A stretch of DNA of 64,000 bases from Myxococcaceae bacterium (lineage in GTDB: Bacteria; Myxococcota; Myxococcia; Myxococcales; Myxococcaceae), in contig JBILEB010000006.1 of the NCBI GenBank assembly GCA_044352295.1, forward strand, positions 34,908 to 98,907. The letters are read 5' to 3'. Each line of letters begins with the position of its first letter. The first letter of the stretch is position 1. This document shows positions 55,901-64,000 of the stretch, piece by piece. The notes below the pieces were generated by a model, which worked only from the letters and a program-made list of their open reading frames with translations, was not told the DNA's origin and made no database searches. Made by a program: the position numbers and the translations under genes.

Positions 55901-56789
55901 GGTTGATGAAGCGATCGCGCCCCGACTCGGTGAGGCCGTACTGCCGATTGTACGAGCGGCGCTCGGTGGAGAAGTAGCCGAAGCGCTCCATGTCCTTGTC
56001 GTCGTAGACGCGGGGCTCGTAGTCGCGCGGGGTGGCGCGCAGGAACGCGTTGCGCACGCGGATCTCCTGGCTGGCGCAGTCGGTCGTCGAGTACTCGAGC
56101 CAGCACAACGGCCAGCTCGTGCCGTCTTCGAAGGTGACCGTCTCGGGGCTCGCGACGAGCTTCTGCGTCACCTCGAGGTAGCTGGCGGGCTCCTCACCGG
56201 TGCGCTCGATGCGGAAGGCGTCGGGGTCGTTCGGGTCGGTCACCGAGTACGCGACCGGGTCCTGCTTGATGGGGGCGATCGACGGCGCCGACCAATCGGC
56301 GAGGAAGTTGAAGTTGGTGACCTCGTTCTTCGACCAGTCGACGCGCAGGAACTTCCGCTCGAACCACTTGCGCTCCTGGCTCTCGATCAGCTTGTCGAAC
56401 TCCTCACCCGTCGACGCGTTGTATTCGCGGATGATGTCGAAGTGGCTCGTGATGCGGAAGGCGGCCACGGGCGCGCCCTGGTAGCGGCGATCGGCGCCCG
56501 ACGCGAACGCCGGGTTTCCCTTCTCGGAGCCGCGCACGTATTCGTAGGCCCGCCGCGCGACGAGCACGTTCTCCTGGATGTCCCAGACGATCTTCTCCAT
56601 CTCGTTCTCGCCCTGCTCACCGGGGAAGGTGAAGCCGGTCGAGAACGGCACGCCCACCACCGTCTGGCGGAAGTACCAGACGCCGTCGAAGTCGCTCTTC
56701 GCGATGGCGTTCTGCTGCACGGTGCTTCGGGGCTGAATCGGCTCGCCACAGGCAGCGACGAGCACGAGGGCCAACAGGGCGCGCTTCAT
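52965..56789 (-). CDS. large zinc-dependent metalloprotease lipoprotein (met-zincin, 1274 aa)
   Basis: ATG at rc 56787-56789: MKRALLALVLVAAC (lipobox). Zn site TALHEVGHTVGLRHNFAGS (HEVGH at 54693-54707). The antisense 1313-aa ORF is shadow. Confidence 0.88.
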   Translation of the reverse strand: MKRALLALVLVAACGEPIQPRSTVQQNAIAKSDFDGVWYFRQTVVGVPFSTGFTFPGEQGENEMEKIVWDIQENVLVARRAYEYVRGSEKGNPAFASGADRRYQGAPVAAFRITSHFDIIREYNASTGEEFDKLIESQERKWFERKFLRVDWSKNEVTNFNFLADWSAPSIAPIKQDPVAYSVTDPNDPDAFRIERTGEEPASYLEVTQKLVASPETVTFEDGTSWPLCWLEYSTTDCASQEIRVRNAFLRATPRDYEPRVYDDKDMERFGYFSTERRSYNRQYGLTESGRDRFINRHNQWWRSLTNRPCQLDQHCGPPTPGQRCVTELPDAKVETDGKVTGACSLPYAVRNRADPDNPASIDLGPRPIVYFLNQGFPEDLKGAAKELERQYDVIFRDIVEKLQGRPAVGQAFVVCVNNPVREGDPAVCGQPGTTVRIGDIRFNVLYWVDEPVSAGLLGYGPNSNDAETGETIASSAFVYGAQIDTYAAMGRDLVRLVNGELQPDQFIRGVNVRDWVTAEPFGVKSRTFSQREVNEMADAMDVSWTKGLPKTPRMQKGSAKQLKERFTARAQTLAGSQSLGGQRGLAGQRLSKLKGTDVARQLLTPEVLMAHGVDPRSPVTAELLSKLTPGARYTSASHELRNQQRRRLGAHAVDLANASLNDAILGFALGQKGVDPQLVWKRIREQVFLSTALHEVGHTVGLRHNFAGSYDPMNYPKTYWDLRTNNGAKQPRPRYLDPESDAELRGVTLANGLKGGISEFMQSSIMDYGANFNSDIQGLGKYDRAALKFGYGSLVEVFETTRDTYLLGGVQAVNAYGDALPFLLTCDGNDYTSLHYTKLPQVVDLERRADVSFTEVRRKELARQCTYPDLVEVDGRDRLLVPYKFCSDEFEGASTGCEAFDRGADVFEVAEAKMNDYRSYYFFDAFRRDQLAFDPWSAMDRAWWRYFDSLRTMTQFYVLNRGAYAEFIPDEPNNPDSFWRSPDKWGPYTVAVTKSFDFFGDVLMTPEPGPYDVVTQADGRDLYVMDEFWDRPKFRVPLGEGRFFETSWEYDSGYFWYERVSHVGSFNDKVSAISLLVDPETYFLGKDVAADSRQYAISYWNLFPRQMLDLFGAAMTDRFDRIGPIYDGTKFVRRPISSTITIPPMGQAPVDPKLGFTLQLWMTVLGNALIPATYDQTFSNSSRLWLAGNGQAVTTTLPTVTFDDPFSGKTFVAISYRQGILETGVAARMISRANELRNRLNPMDPATSEALEQYVQLLESQRAVSEVYGGGVY

Positions 56790-58039
56790 TTCTTCTCCTC
56801 GGTGAAGGCGTCGACGAGCTGTTCGGCGCTCGTCGAGAACGACAGGTAGACGGTGGACGCGTTGGAGCGGTTGAGCTCGAGGAACGGCTGCGACACCGCG
56901 CCGTTCGTCTCGGTGATGGGGCGGTACGTCGACAAGCCCAGCGAGAGGCTCACCGGGCCGCGCGACCAATCGACGGACGCAAGGAACCAGTGATCGTTTC
57001 GCCAGTTCGAGCCACCGAAGCGCGGCTGCTCGGCGCACATCGCCTGTGGAACGCCGGGGACGACGCACGGGCCGTTGGCGAACGGCATGATGTTGAAGAG
57101 GAAGTACGAGGCCGAGAGCGAGAAGCCCTTCGGGAGCTCCACCGAGGCCGACAGGCCGTTGATGAAGCCGAAGTTGGGGTTGGCGACGCCGGTCGAGGAC
57201 GGCCGCCAGGTGGACTCAGTGCGGCCGTTCACGACGACCGTGTCCTGCGTGCCGCGAATGGCGCTGGTGGTGCGCTCGTAGAAGTACTTCGCGGGCCGGA
57301 AGACGTACGTGAGGTGGAGGGGCCCGAACGTCTTGTCGGCGATGAAGCCGATGGAGAGCGAGCTCACGAAACCGGAGTTCCGGCTGGTGACCGACGTCGG
57401 CAGCGCCCAGCGAAGGCTCGAGGCCACCGAGATGCCCAGCCGGGGAATCGTGAAGAGTTTGCCGTGAATGAGGTTGATCCACGTGTCGCCGAGGATCACG
57501 GGACGACGCGCGAGCCCATCGACGAGGCCGAAGCCCGGCGCCTGCAGGAGGCTTTCTTCGGGGAGTCCGCCAAAGAGCGCGGGCGTGGCGAACTCGGTGC
57601 TGCGAAAGCGCGCGTCGTTGCCGGCGAGCTCGAGCTCCACCGGGAGCCGAACGGCCACCAGCATCGGCTCGAACCAGGTGCCCTTGAGGAAGCGTCGGCC
57701 AAAGCTCCAGGACGGCTCGAGCCAGAAGGTGAGCGACCCTGTGTAGGCCTCGGGCGCGAAGTACAGGCCCGACGAGAAGAACGTCGTGAAGCCAAAGTCG
57801 AAGCCGCCGAAGTGCAGCTCGCCGCCACCACCCCGCGCTTCGACGAAGCCCTGCGAGCCGCGCGGACGATCGGTCTCCTCAGAGTCCTTCTTCTCCGTCG
57901 GCTTCGGCGTCAACTTCGGGGCCGGCGTGGCCGTCGTGGCCTCGGCGGGCGTGGGATCGTCGCTGGGTCCAGTGGGCGCCTGCGCGATCGCCACCGAGGC
58001 GAACACCCACGACAGCACCATGACGCGCAGCTGCTGCAA
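56786..58039 (-). CDS. putative outer-membrane beta-barrel protein, coupled to the metalloprotease
   Basis: TTG (rc 58037-58039) preceded by GGAGG gives MQQLRVMVLSWVFASVAIAQA (signal peptide). An alternative ATG lies at 58021. Thr/Pro-rich linker, then alternating beta-strand pattern rich in F/Y/W and G. Its stop overlaps the protease ATG (ATGA). Confidence 0.6.
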   Translation of the reverse strand: MQQLRVMVLSWVFASVAIAQAPTGPSDDPTPAEATTATPAPKLTPKPTEKKDSEETDRPRGSQGFVEARGGGGELHFGGFDFGFTTFFSSGLYFAPEAYTGSLTFWLEPSWSFGRRFLKGTWFEPMLVAVRLPVELELAGNDARFRSTEFATPALFGGLPEESLLQAPGFGLVDGLARRPVILGDTWINLIHGKLFTIPRLGISVASSLRWALPTSVTSRNSGFVSSLSIGFIADKTFGPLHLTYVFRPAKYFYERTTSAIRGTQDTVVVNGRTESTWRPSSTGVANPNFGFINGLSASVELPKGFSLSASYFLFNIMPFANGPCVVPGVPQAMCAEQPRFGGSNWRNDHWFLASVDWSRGPVSLSLGLSTYRPITETNGAVSQPFLELNRSNASTVYLSFSTSAEQLVDAFTEEKK

Positions 58040-58155
58040 CCTGTGCCTCCCCGACTCGAAGGGAGCGCGGCGTAGGGCACCTGTGACATTCCCGTCAACA
58101 GAGGGGTCCCGGAGAATTCTCAACTCCCGAGAGGGCTGTCAGACCGCATGGCAAG

Positions 58156-59718
58156 TCAGCCGACGAGCACGCCCGGGTTGAGCAGGTGCTTCGGGTCGAG
58201 CTGCCGCTTCATCGCCGAGAGCGCCTCGCGGCAGGGCCCGGGCACCTCGCGCTCGTACCAGGGCCGGTGCGTTCGCCCGACGGCGTGGTGGTGCGTGATG
58301 GTGCCGCCATGGGCCGCGACCGTGTCGGACGCGACCTTCTTGAGCTCGGTCCACTGCGTGAGTTCGTCGCCGACGCGGCCAGGCCCGATGAAGGTGAAGT
58401 ACGGGGCCGGGCCGTCGGGATACACGTGCGTGAAGCGGCAGCTCACCACGCCGCCTCCACACACCCGCTGCAGCGCCTCGGTCATCGCGCCCGTCACGCC
58501 CGCGTAGAGCGCGGAGAAACGCGACCAGGTGCACGCCGTCTCGAAGGTGTCGGCGATGAGGCCGAGCCGAATCAGCGCGTCTTGCAGATATGGCCCCTGC
58601 AGGAACGAACGTCTCCACGATTGGCCCGCGTCTTGCGCGCGCTCGCCGTTTCCCTCGAGGACCTGAGCGCCCTTCTCGCACCGGCCGCGGTGCTTCGCAG
58701 TGATTCGGAGCGCCTCCTCCATCGACGCACGCATCGAGTGGTTCGCCGACTCGAAGCCCAGCACCAGCACCGCGTCGCCGTCGAAGGTGACACCGTTCAC
58801 CATCGCCTCCGCAGGGTCCAGCAGCCGACAGTTCGCCGGCTGGAGCCCCGACTGCGACACCTCGCGCACGGCTTCGACCGCGGCCTGGTACTCCTCGAAG
58901 TGCACCGACGCGCTCGCCCGGAACGTCGGCTTTGGCCGAACCCGCATCCAGGCCTCGGTGATGACGCCCAGAATGCCTTCGCTCCCCAGGGCCAGCCGGT
59001 TCGGATCGATGCCGGCGCCGGAGGCGGGAAACGACTTCGTCTCGAAGAGCCCACGCGGGGTGACGAGCCGAACGGAGTGGACGAGGTCGTCGATGTGCGT
59101 CGGGCCCGTGGCGAAGTGGCCGCCGGCGCGCGTGGCGATCCACCCGCCCAGGGTCGAGAACTCGAACGACTGCGGGAAGTGTCTCAGCGTGAGTCCATGG
59201 GCGCCGAGTTGGTGCTCGAGCGCAGGACCAAACGCCCCTCCTTGAATCCGTGCGAGTCGCGACACCGGATCGACCTCGAGCACGCGGCCCAGCCCAGCGA
59301 GATCGAGCGTCATCGCCCCATGCGGCCCGCGCACCGGCTCCACGCCACCAACGACGCTCGACCCACCACCGAACGGAGTGACCGACAGGCCCTCGGCCTC
59401 GGCGCAGGCGAGCGCGCGCTCCAGCTCCGCTTCGGTGCGGGGCGTGACCACGAGATCCGGGGCCGACCCGAAGTCTCCGCGAAAACCACGAACGCGATCG
59501 GGGTAGGCCTTGCCCATCGCGTGCGCCGCGCGAACATCGTCAGCGGCCGTGGCGAAGTCAGCGACGGCCTTCGGAACCTCGAGACCGGGCTTCGGAATTC
59601 GGGGCGGCGCTGACGGGAGCTCGTCACGCGCGCCGAAGAACGGCTCCACCCTCGGCCGAACCTCGTCGAGCGGAAGCGCGCGCTCCTCGAGGCCCCAGCC
59701 CCACGCATGTCGTCCCAT
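58156..59718 (-). CDS. FAD-linked oxidase, alkyl-dihydroxyacetonephosphate synthase (AGPS)-like
   Basis: PCMH FAD-binding motifs (VTPFGGGSSVVGG, RIQGGAFGPALEHQL, STLGGWIATRAGG) and the AGPS-like C-terminus (THVYPDGPAPYFTF, GGTITHHHAVGRTHRPW). ATG at rc 59716-59718. Confidence 0.85.
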   Translation of the reverse strand: MGRHAWGWGLEERALPLDEVRPRVEPFFGARDELPSAPPRIPKPGLEVPKAVADFATAADDVRAAHAMGKAYPDRVRGFRGDFGSAPDLVVTPRTEAELERALACAEAEGLSVTPFGGGSSVVGGVEPVRGPHGAMTLDLAGLGRVLEVDPVSRLARIQGGAFGPALEHQLGAHGLTLRHFPQSFEFSTLGGWIATRAGGHFATGPTHIDDLVHSVRLVTPRGLFETKSFPASGAGIDPNRLALGSEGILGVITEAWMRVRPKPTFRASASVHFEEYQAAVEAVREVSQSGLQPANCRLLDPAEAMVNGVTFDGDAVLVLGFESANHSMRASMEEALRITAKHRGRCEKGAQVLEGNGERAQDAGQSWRRSFLQGPYLQDALIRLGLIADTFETACTWSRFSALYAGVTGAMTEALQRVCGGGVVSCRFTHVYPDGPAPYFTFIGPGRVGDELTQWTELKKVASDTVAAHGGTITHHHAVGRTHRPWYEREVPGPCREALSAMKRQLDPKHLLNPGVLVG

Positions 59719-59785
59719 GGGCGCGCTTGTACGCGGTCGGGCCGTCCTTTTGGTGGCTCCGTCGCCACGGGGTAGAAGCGACGCC

Positions 59786-60739
59786 GTGTCCAAGCGCATC
59801 CCCGTCCTCGATCTCTCGAAGTACACCCATGGCACCCCGGCCGAGCGCGACGCGTTCGTGAAGGCGTGGGGCGATGGCCTCACCGAGTTCGGCTTCGTGT
59901 CGATCATCAACCACGGCGTCGACGACGGCCTCATTCGCCGCACCTACAAGGACGCGGAGCGCCTCTTCGCCCTGCCGCTCGACGTCAAGCAGAAGTACTT
60001 CATCCCCGGCGGCGGCGGGCAGCGCGCGTACACGGCCTTCGGCCAGGAGCACGCGAAGGACCGCAAGGTCGGCGACCTCAAGGAGTTCTGGCACGTCGGC
60101 CGCGACCTGCCCGAATCCCACGCCCGCCGCTCCGTGTACGGCGCGAACCTCTGGCCGACCGAGCTCGACACCTTCAAGGCCAACACGCTCGATCTCTTCC
60201 AGGCGCTCGATGGCGCCGCGGCGATCATGCTGCAGGCGCTCGCCGACTACTTCACCCTGCCCCGCGCGTTCTTCTCGGACATGGCCCGCGACGGGAACTC
60301 GATTCTGCGGATCATTCACTACCCGCCACTGAAGGACATGTTCATTCCCGGAGGCGTGCGCGCCGCTGAGCACGAGGACATCAACCTCATCACGCTGCTG
60401 TGCGAGTCGACGTCGTCGGGGCTCGAGGTGCTCACCCGCCAGAACGAGTGGATCGCCATCGACGCGCTCAAGGGCCAGATCGTCGTCGACTCGGGCGACA
60501 TGCTGCAGCGCTGCACCAACGGCGTGGTGCCGTCGACGACCCACCGCGTGGTGAACCCGAAGAGCGCCGCCGACGACGTGGTGCGCTACTCGATGCCGTT
60601 CTTCGTGCACCCGTTCCCGGACTGCTCCCTCGCCATCAAGGAGAGATTCGTCTCGGCCGATCGCCCGAAGAAGTTCCCCGACATCACCGCGGACGAGTTC
60701 CTCAAACAGCGGCTGCGTGAGATTGGTCTCATCAAGTAG
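59786..60739 (+). CDS. 2-oxoglutarate/Fe(II)-dependent oxygenase (isopenicillin N synthase family)
   Basis: RIPVLDLS N-terminus. Facial triad HED...H (AAEHEDINLITLL, STTHRV) and RYSMPFF 2OG-binding Arg-x-Ser. GTG at 59786. Confidence 0.88.
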   Translation: MSKRIPVLDLSKYTHGTPAERDAFVKAWGDGLTEFGFVSIINHGVDDGLIRRTYKDAERLFALPLDVKQKYFIPGGGGQRAYTAFGQEHAKDRKVGDLKEFWHVGRDLPESHARRSVYGANLWPTELDTFKANTLDLFQALDGAAAIMLQALADYFTLPRAFFSDMARDGNSILRIIHYPPLKDMFIPGGVRAAEHEDINLITLLCESTSSGLEVLTRQNEWIAIDALKGQIVVDSGDMLQRCTNGVVPSTTHRVVNPKSAADDVVRYSMPFFVHPFPDCSLAIKERFVSADRPKKFPDITADEFLKQRLREIGLIK

Positions 60740-61200
60740 TGCCGCTCCTCGTGCTCATCGCGCTGCTGGGCGCCTCTGACGTCGAGCGGCCACGGCTCGT
60801 GGCCACCGTGCGCGTCTCGACGTTCACCGGCTGGCCGGATCTCCTCAGCGCCTCGGCGACGGTGCATCTCATTCCATATGTGGATGTGGAGGGTGGGGGC
60901 TCGGTGCTGTTCCTCACGCGAGGCTGGTACGTGCGGGCGGGCCCGCGGTGGCTGTTCGAAGACTGGCGTGACGAGAACGATCGCGGGCTGACGTTGCGGC
61001 TCTCGGCGCTCGCGGGCTTCAAACGGGTCGAGCTGACGAACGAGGCGTTTCAGGGTTTCCACGTCGCCTTCGCGCTCGAGTTCACCTGGTGGCTCGCGCG
61101 CCACTTCGGCCTGTCGGCTCAGCTCGCTGGCGGTGGCACGGTGCGCGCCTGGCCGACGTTCTTCCCAGACTTGCGGCTCGGCCTCGGCACGTCGTTCTGA
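60739..61200 (+). CDS. small putative outer-membrane beta-barrel protein (153 aa)
   Basis: GTG overlaps the preceding stop by 1 nt. Short signal-like N-terminus, alternating-hydrophobic strands, C-terminal ...LGLGTSF. Confidence 0.5.
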   Translation: MPLLVLIALLGASDVERPRLVATVRVSTFTGWPDLLSASATVHLIPYVDVEGGGSVLFLTRGWYVRAGPRWLFEDWRDENDRGLTLRLSALAGFKRVELTNEAFQGFHVAFALEFTWWLARHFGLSAQLAGGGTVRAWPTFFPDLRLGLGTSF

Positions 61201-61269
61201 AGCCTCCACGAAAGGCCCCTCAGCTCGAACCTCTGGCCGACGTCGCGCCGAAGCGTCATCGTCCGTCGC

Positions 61270-63249
61270 ATGGCGACTTCCTCTCATGCCCGGTGGCTGT
61301 TGCTGCTGAGCGCCTGCACGATGGCCGGCCGGGCTCCAGTGGCCGACACCAACCGTCGCCTCCCGTCGCGCGCGCGGCTCGAGCGACTCGCCGTGATGCC
61401 CGCGCTCACGTTCGCTGCAGGTCCTCCCAGCGGGCACTTCATCGACCGCGGAGGGCCGTTCCCATCACAGCCCGTGCAGGGCTTCTCGTCGCTCCAATCC
61501 GACGGAGACGGCTTCATCGCCATCAGCGACAACGGCTATGGCTCGCCCGAGACGTCGTCGGACTTCGAGCTGCGCGCGTACCGGCTGTTCCCCGACTTCG
61601 AGCGCGGCGTTCTCACGGCAACGGCGCTCTTCACCCTGTCGGACCCTGACAAGAGGATTCAGTGGCCGATTCGGAATCACTTCACCGCCGAACGGATTCT
61701 CACCGGCGCCGATCTCGACCCCGAGTCACTCGTGCGCGCGCCCGACGGCACGTACTGGATCGGTGATGAGCACGGCCCATACCTCGTGCACGTCGACCCC
61801 CAGGGCCGGGTGCTGGAGCCGCCGGTTCCGCTCGAGCTCGACGGAGACCTTCTGCGCGGGCCCGACGCGCCGACGCTGCCGGCGCCGCTGATGCTTCGAA
61901 CGATGGAGGCGCTCCGGGGCCACGCGCTCCTGCACGACGCTGGTCCGCCATTCCTCTCGCCCGACCACCGGCTGCTCGTCGACGCGGCTCACGTTCGCGC
62001 GCTGCACCAGGCCCGTTTTCGGGTGGTCCCGTGGACGGTGAATGAACCCGAGCGCCTCGCCACGCTGCTCGCCTGGGGCGTCGACGGTGTCATCACGGAT
62101 CGGCCGGATCTCGCGAGCGCGTTTCGCGACGCTGGTCTCGAGGTGCAGGGCCATCGCGGCGCGCGCGGGTTGGCGCCAGAGAACACACCACCCGCGTTCC
62201 AGGCCGGGCTCTCCGCGGGCGCTTCGGTCCTCGAGCTCGATCTCTCCGCGACCGCCGACGGCGACGCCATCGTCTGGCACGACCCCGCGCTCCGTCCGCC
62301 GAAGTGTCCGCGTGCGCGCACCGATGCTGGCTTCATCGCCGCAACCCCGCTCGCGCGGCTCGTGACGGCGGACTGCGACGGACGACTTCCGGCGTATCCC
62401 CTGCAACGCGTCGATGGAGGCAGCCATCGCGTCATGTCGTTGGACCAGGCGTTGCGGCTTCCGGCCCCGCTCAACCTCGAGACCAAAGTCCACGACACCG
62501 GCCTTGCCGTGGATGACGCCGAGTCGCTCGCGCGGCTGGTGGCCCGGCGCGTCCAGGCGGCTGATGCGGGCGCGCGCGTCACGCTCCAGTCGTTCGACTG
62601 GCGGGCCCTGATAGCGACGCATCGCGAGGCGCCCTGGCTTCAGACGGTCGCGCTGCTGGGCGATCGTTCGCTCGACATGCCGGCTGCCACCCGCGCCGGG
62701 CTGCCCTGGACCGTCATCGGAGGAGCGCCGCGGCTCGGGCGCAGCGCTGGCTTCGAGAACCTCGCCCTCACGGCCGATGGCGGCGCGCTCATCGCGATGC
62801 TCGAGAAACCGCTTCCCGGAGAGACCGACTGCCTTGGGTTCCGGTTCGATCTCACGACGAAGCAATGGACCCGCGTGGCGTTTCGCTACCCGCTCGATCC
62901 ACGCGCGACCGCGGTGGGCGATCTCACCTTCATCGACGAACGCTCCGGCTACGCGCTCGAGCGCGACGACACCGAGCGACGAACGGACGGCTTCAAGCGG
63001 CTCGTCCGCTTCACATTGCCGGCGACCGAGGGTGGCGCCGTGACGAAGCGGACCGCGGCAGACCTCCTCGACCTCGAGCTGCCCGATGGCGGCACCTTCC
63101 GCTTCCCGTTCTGGACCATCGAAGGGGTGGCGGTTCTCCGCGATGGACGAGTGGTGATCGTCAATGACAACAACCTGCCGTTCGGTCGTGGCCGCTCCGA
63201 GGACGCGCCTGACCCCACCGAGCTCATCGTGGTAACGCCGCTCGAATGA
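61270..63249 (+). CDS. lipoprotein: phytase-like (esterase-like activity of phytase) scaffold with inserted glycerophosphodiester phosphodiesterase (GDPD) domain
   Basis: LLLSAC lipobox. Phytase-like segments (FIAISDNGYGSPETSSDFELRAY.., IVNDNNLPFGRG). GDPD motifs HRGARGLAPENT, ELDLSATADGDAIVWHD, LETKV, LQSFDW, and VVPWTVNEPERLATLLAWGVDGVITDRPDL. Confidence 0.85.
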   Translation: MATSSHARWLLLLSACTMAGRAPVADTNRRLPSRARLERLAVMPALTFAAGPPSGHFIDRGGPFPSQPVQGFSSLQSDGDGFIAISDNGYGSPETSSDFELRAYRLFPDFERGVLTATALFTLSDPDKRIQWPIRNHFTAERILTGADLDPESLVRAPDGTYWIGDEHGPYLVHVDPQGRVLEPPVPLELDGDLLRGPDAPTLPAPLMLRTMEALRGHALLHDAGPPFLSPDHRLLVDAAHVRALHQARFRVVPWTVNEPERLATLLAWGVDGVITDRPDLASAFRDAGLEVQGHRGARGLAPENTPPAFQAGLSAGASVLELDLSATADGDAIVWHDPALRPPKCPRARTDAGFIAATPLARLVTADCDGRLPAYPLQRVDGGSHRVMSLDQALRLPAPLNLETKVHDTGLAVDDAESLARLVARRVQAADAGARVTLQSFDWRALIATHREAPWLQTVALLGDRSLDMPAATRAGLPWTVIGGAPRLGRSAGFENLALTADGGALIAMLEKPLPGETDCLGFRFDLTTKQWTRVAFRYPLDPRATAVGDLTFIDERSGYALERDDTERRTDGFKRLVRFTLPATEGGAVTKRTAADLLDLELPDGGTFRFPFWTIEGVAVLRDGRVVIVNDNNLPFGRGRSEDAPDPTELIVVTPLE

Positions 63250-63674
63250 TTCGCCGCTGGCTCCCACCTCCACGCCACGGCGTCGGCAAGACCCTGGGGC
63301 TCATGCTGCTCCTGGGGGTGGTCGTCTGGTGGTGCTCGACCTGGGCGATCCCTCCGCTGGTTCGCCAGGGCGTTCCCGAAGCGACCGCCAGTCAGTTGCC
63401 GTTCTTCGCGTTCGGCCTGGGCGCAGTGGTGGGTCTCGCGATGCGGTACGTCACCGAGGTCCGCCGGCTCGTCGCCGCGATCGCCGGAGCCATCACGCTC
63501 GGGGCCATCCTCTGGTTCTTCGGGCTCTTCGTCGCGGGGGTCCTGCTCTCCGCCGGGGCGCCTGGCTGGGTGGGCCTGTGGATTCCGCGGGTGTGCTTCT
63601 GGGGTGGGCTGACGCTGGGGGCGCTGGGTCCGCTGCTCGCTGCGATGGAGTTCCTCTGGCGCGGTCTTCGCTGA
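63246..63674 (+). CDS. hypothetical 4-TM membrane protein
   Basis: ATGA overlap with the upstream gene. Four hydrophobic helices. No known motif. Confidence 0.6.
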   Translation: MIRRWLPPPRHGVGKTLGLMLLLGVVVWWCSTWAIPPLVRQGVPEATASQLPFFAFGLGAVVGLAMRYVTEVRRLVAAIAGAITLGAILWFFGLFVAGVLLSAGAPGWVGLWIPRVCFWGGLTLGALGPLLAAMEFLWRGLR

Positions 63675-63712
63675 ACGAGTCAGGTACGCTCTCCTCCGAA
63701 CGACGTGCCGCC

Positions 63713-64000
63713 ATGCCCACGCCCCTCGACTACGCGCGCGCCGCTGCGCTCTCCGATGACGCCCTCCTGGCCGAATGCGACGAAGCCTTCTTCATCGCGT
63801 CGGGTCCCGGCGGGCAGCACCGCAACAAGACCGAGACGGGCGTTCGCCTTACGCATCGGCCGACGGCCCTCGTGGTGACGGCGACTGAGCGGCGCAGTCA
63901 GCTTCAGAATCGCGGCGCGGCGCTCGAACGCCTCCGCGCCGTGTTGACGAAGAAGGCGCACGTCGACGCGCCCCGCATCGCCACCCGGCCGGGGAAAGGC
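63713..64000 (+). CDS. arfB: class I release-factor-domain protein (ArfB-like peptidyl-tRNA hydrolase), 3' end outside window
   Basis: ATG 63713. SGPGGQHRNKTETGVRL contains the GGQ catalytic motif. It has the short N-terminus typical of ArfB/YaeJ-like proteins. The ORF is open to the window end. Confidence 0.8.
   Translation, partial: MPTPLDYARAAALSDDALLAECDEAFFIASGPGGQHRNKTETGVRLTHRPTALVVTATERRSQLQNRGAALERLRAVLTKKAHVDAPRIATRPGKG

Noticed and set aside
52908-56849. 1313-aa ORF on the plus strand
   Set aside because: It is antisense to the Zn-metalloprotease gene, which has a lipobox, HExxH and normal composition. The plus-strand product is Arg/Val/Glu/His-rich with no motifs.

Overview
High-GC bacterial chromosomal segment, most likely from a myxobacterium (Myxococcota). 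This is inferred from lineage-typical families: DUF2378/TIGR02265, TIGR02996 repeat-companion proteins, MopE-type cysteine-rich giant lipoproteins, an alkyl-DHAP-synthase-like FAD oxidase, and a sigma-54 locus. I support about 54 protein-coding features. I found no rRNA or tRNA genes, no CRISPR array, and no transposase or integrase. Many long ORFs in the track are antisense or out-of-frame shadows, as expected in GC-rich DNA.

Main blocks:
(1) A split complex I operon, nuoE-nuoF fused directly to nuoJKLMN (1.8-10.0 kb).
(2) An lptC-lptA-x-lptB-rpoN-(CheY + GYF/J-like/PilZ-like)-hpf-[inverted GH3]-ptsN locus (23.5-32.8 kb).
(3) Envelope and secreted functions: a thioester alpha-2-macroglobulin, an M23 peptidase, two tandem giant Cys-rich/Gly-rich lipoproteins, and a 1274-aa Zn-metalloprotease lipoprotein coupled to a putative outer-membrane barrel.
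(4) A lipid-related cluster: AGPS-like oxidase, 2OG oxygenase, and a phytase-like/GDPD lipoprotein.
(5) The strongest candidate for an undescribed system: a tightly coupled five-gene minus-strand operon (16.4-22.1 kb). In it, the two Preiss-Handler NAD-salvage enzymes (NAPRT-like PncB and nicotinamidase PncA) are interleaved with a TerY-P-type triad (PP2C phosphatase, Ser/Thr kinase with Zn-ribbon, vWA/MIDAS protein). It is preceded by an anomalously AT-rich control region shared with a divergent ECF sigma factor.

Two decayed genes are also present: an orphan AMP-binding C-terminal fragment and a frameshifted, internally deleted aldo/keto reductase.

All calls rest on my reading of the translations and the sequence. 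No database search was possible.
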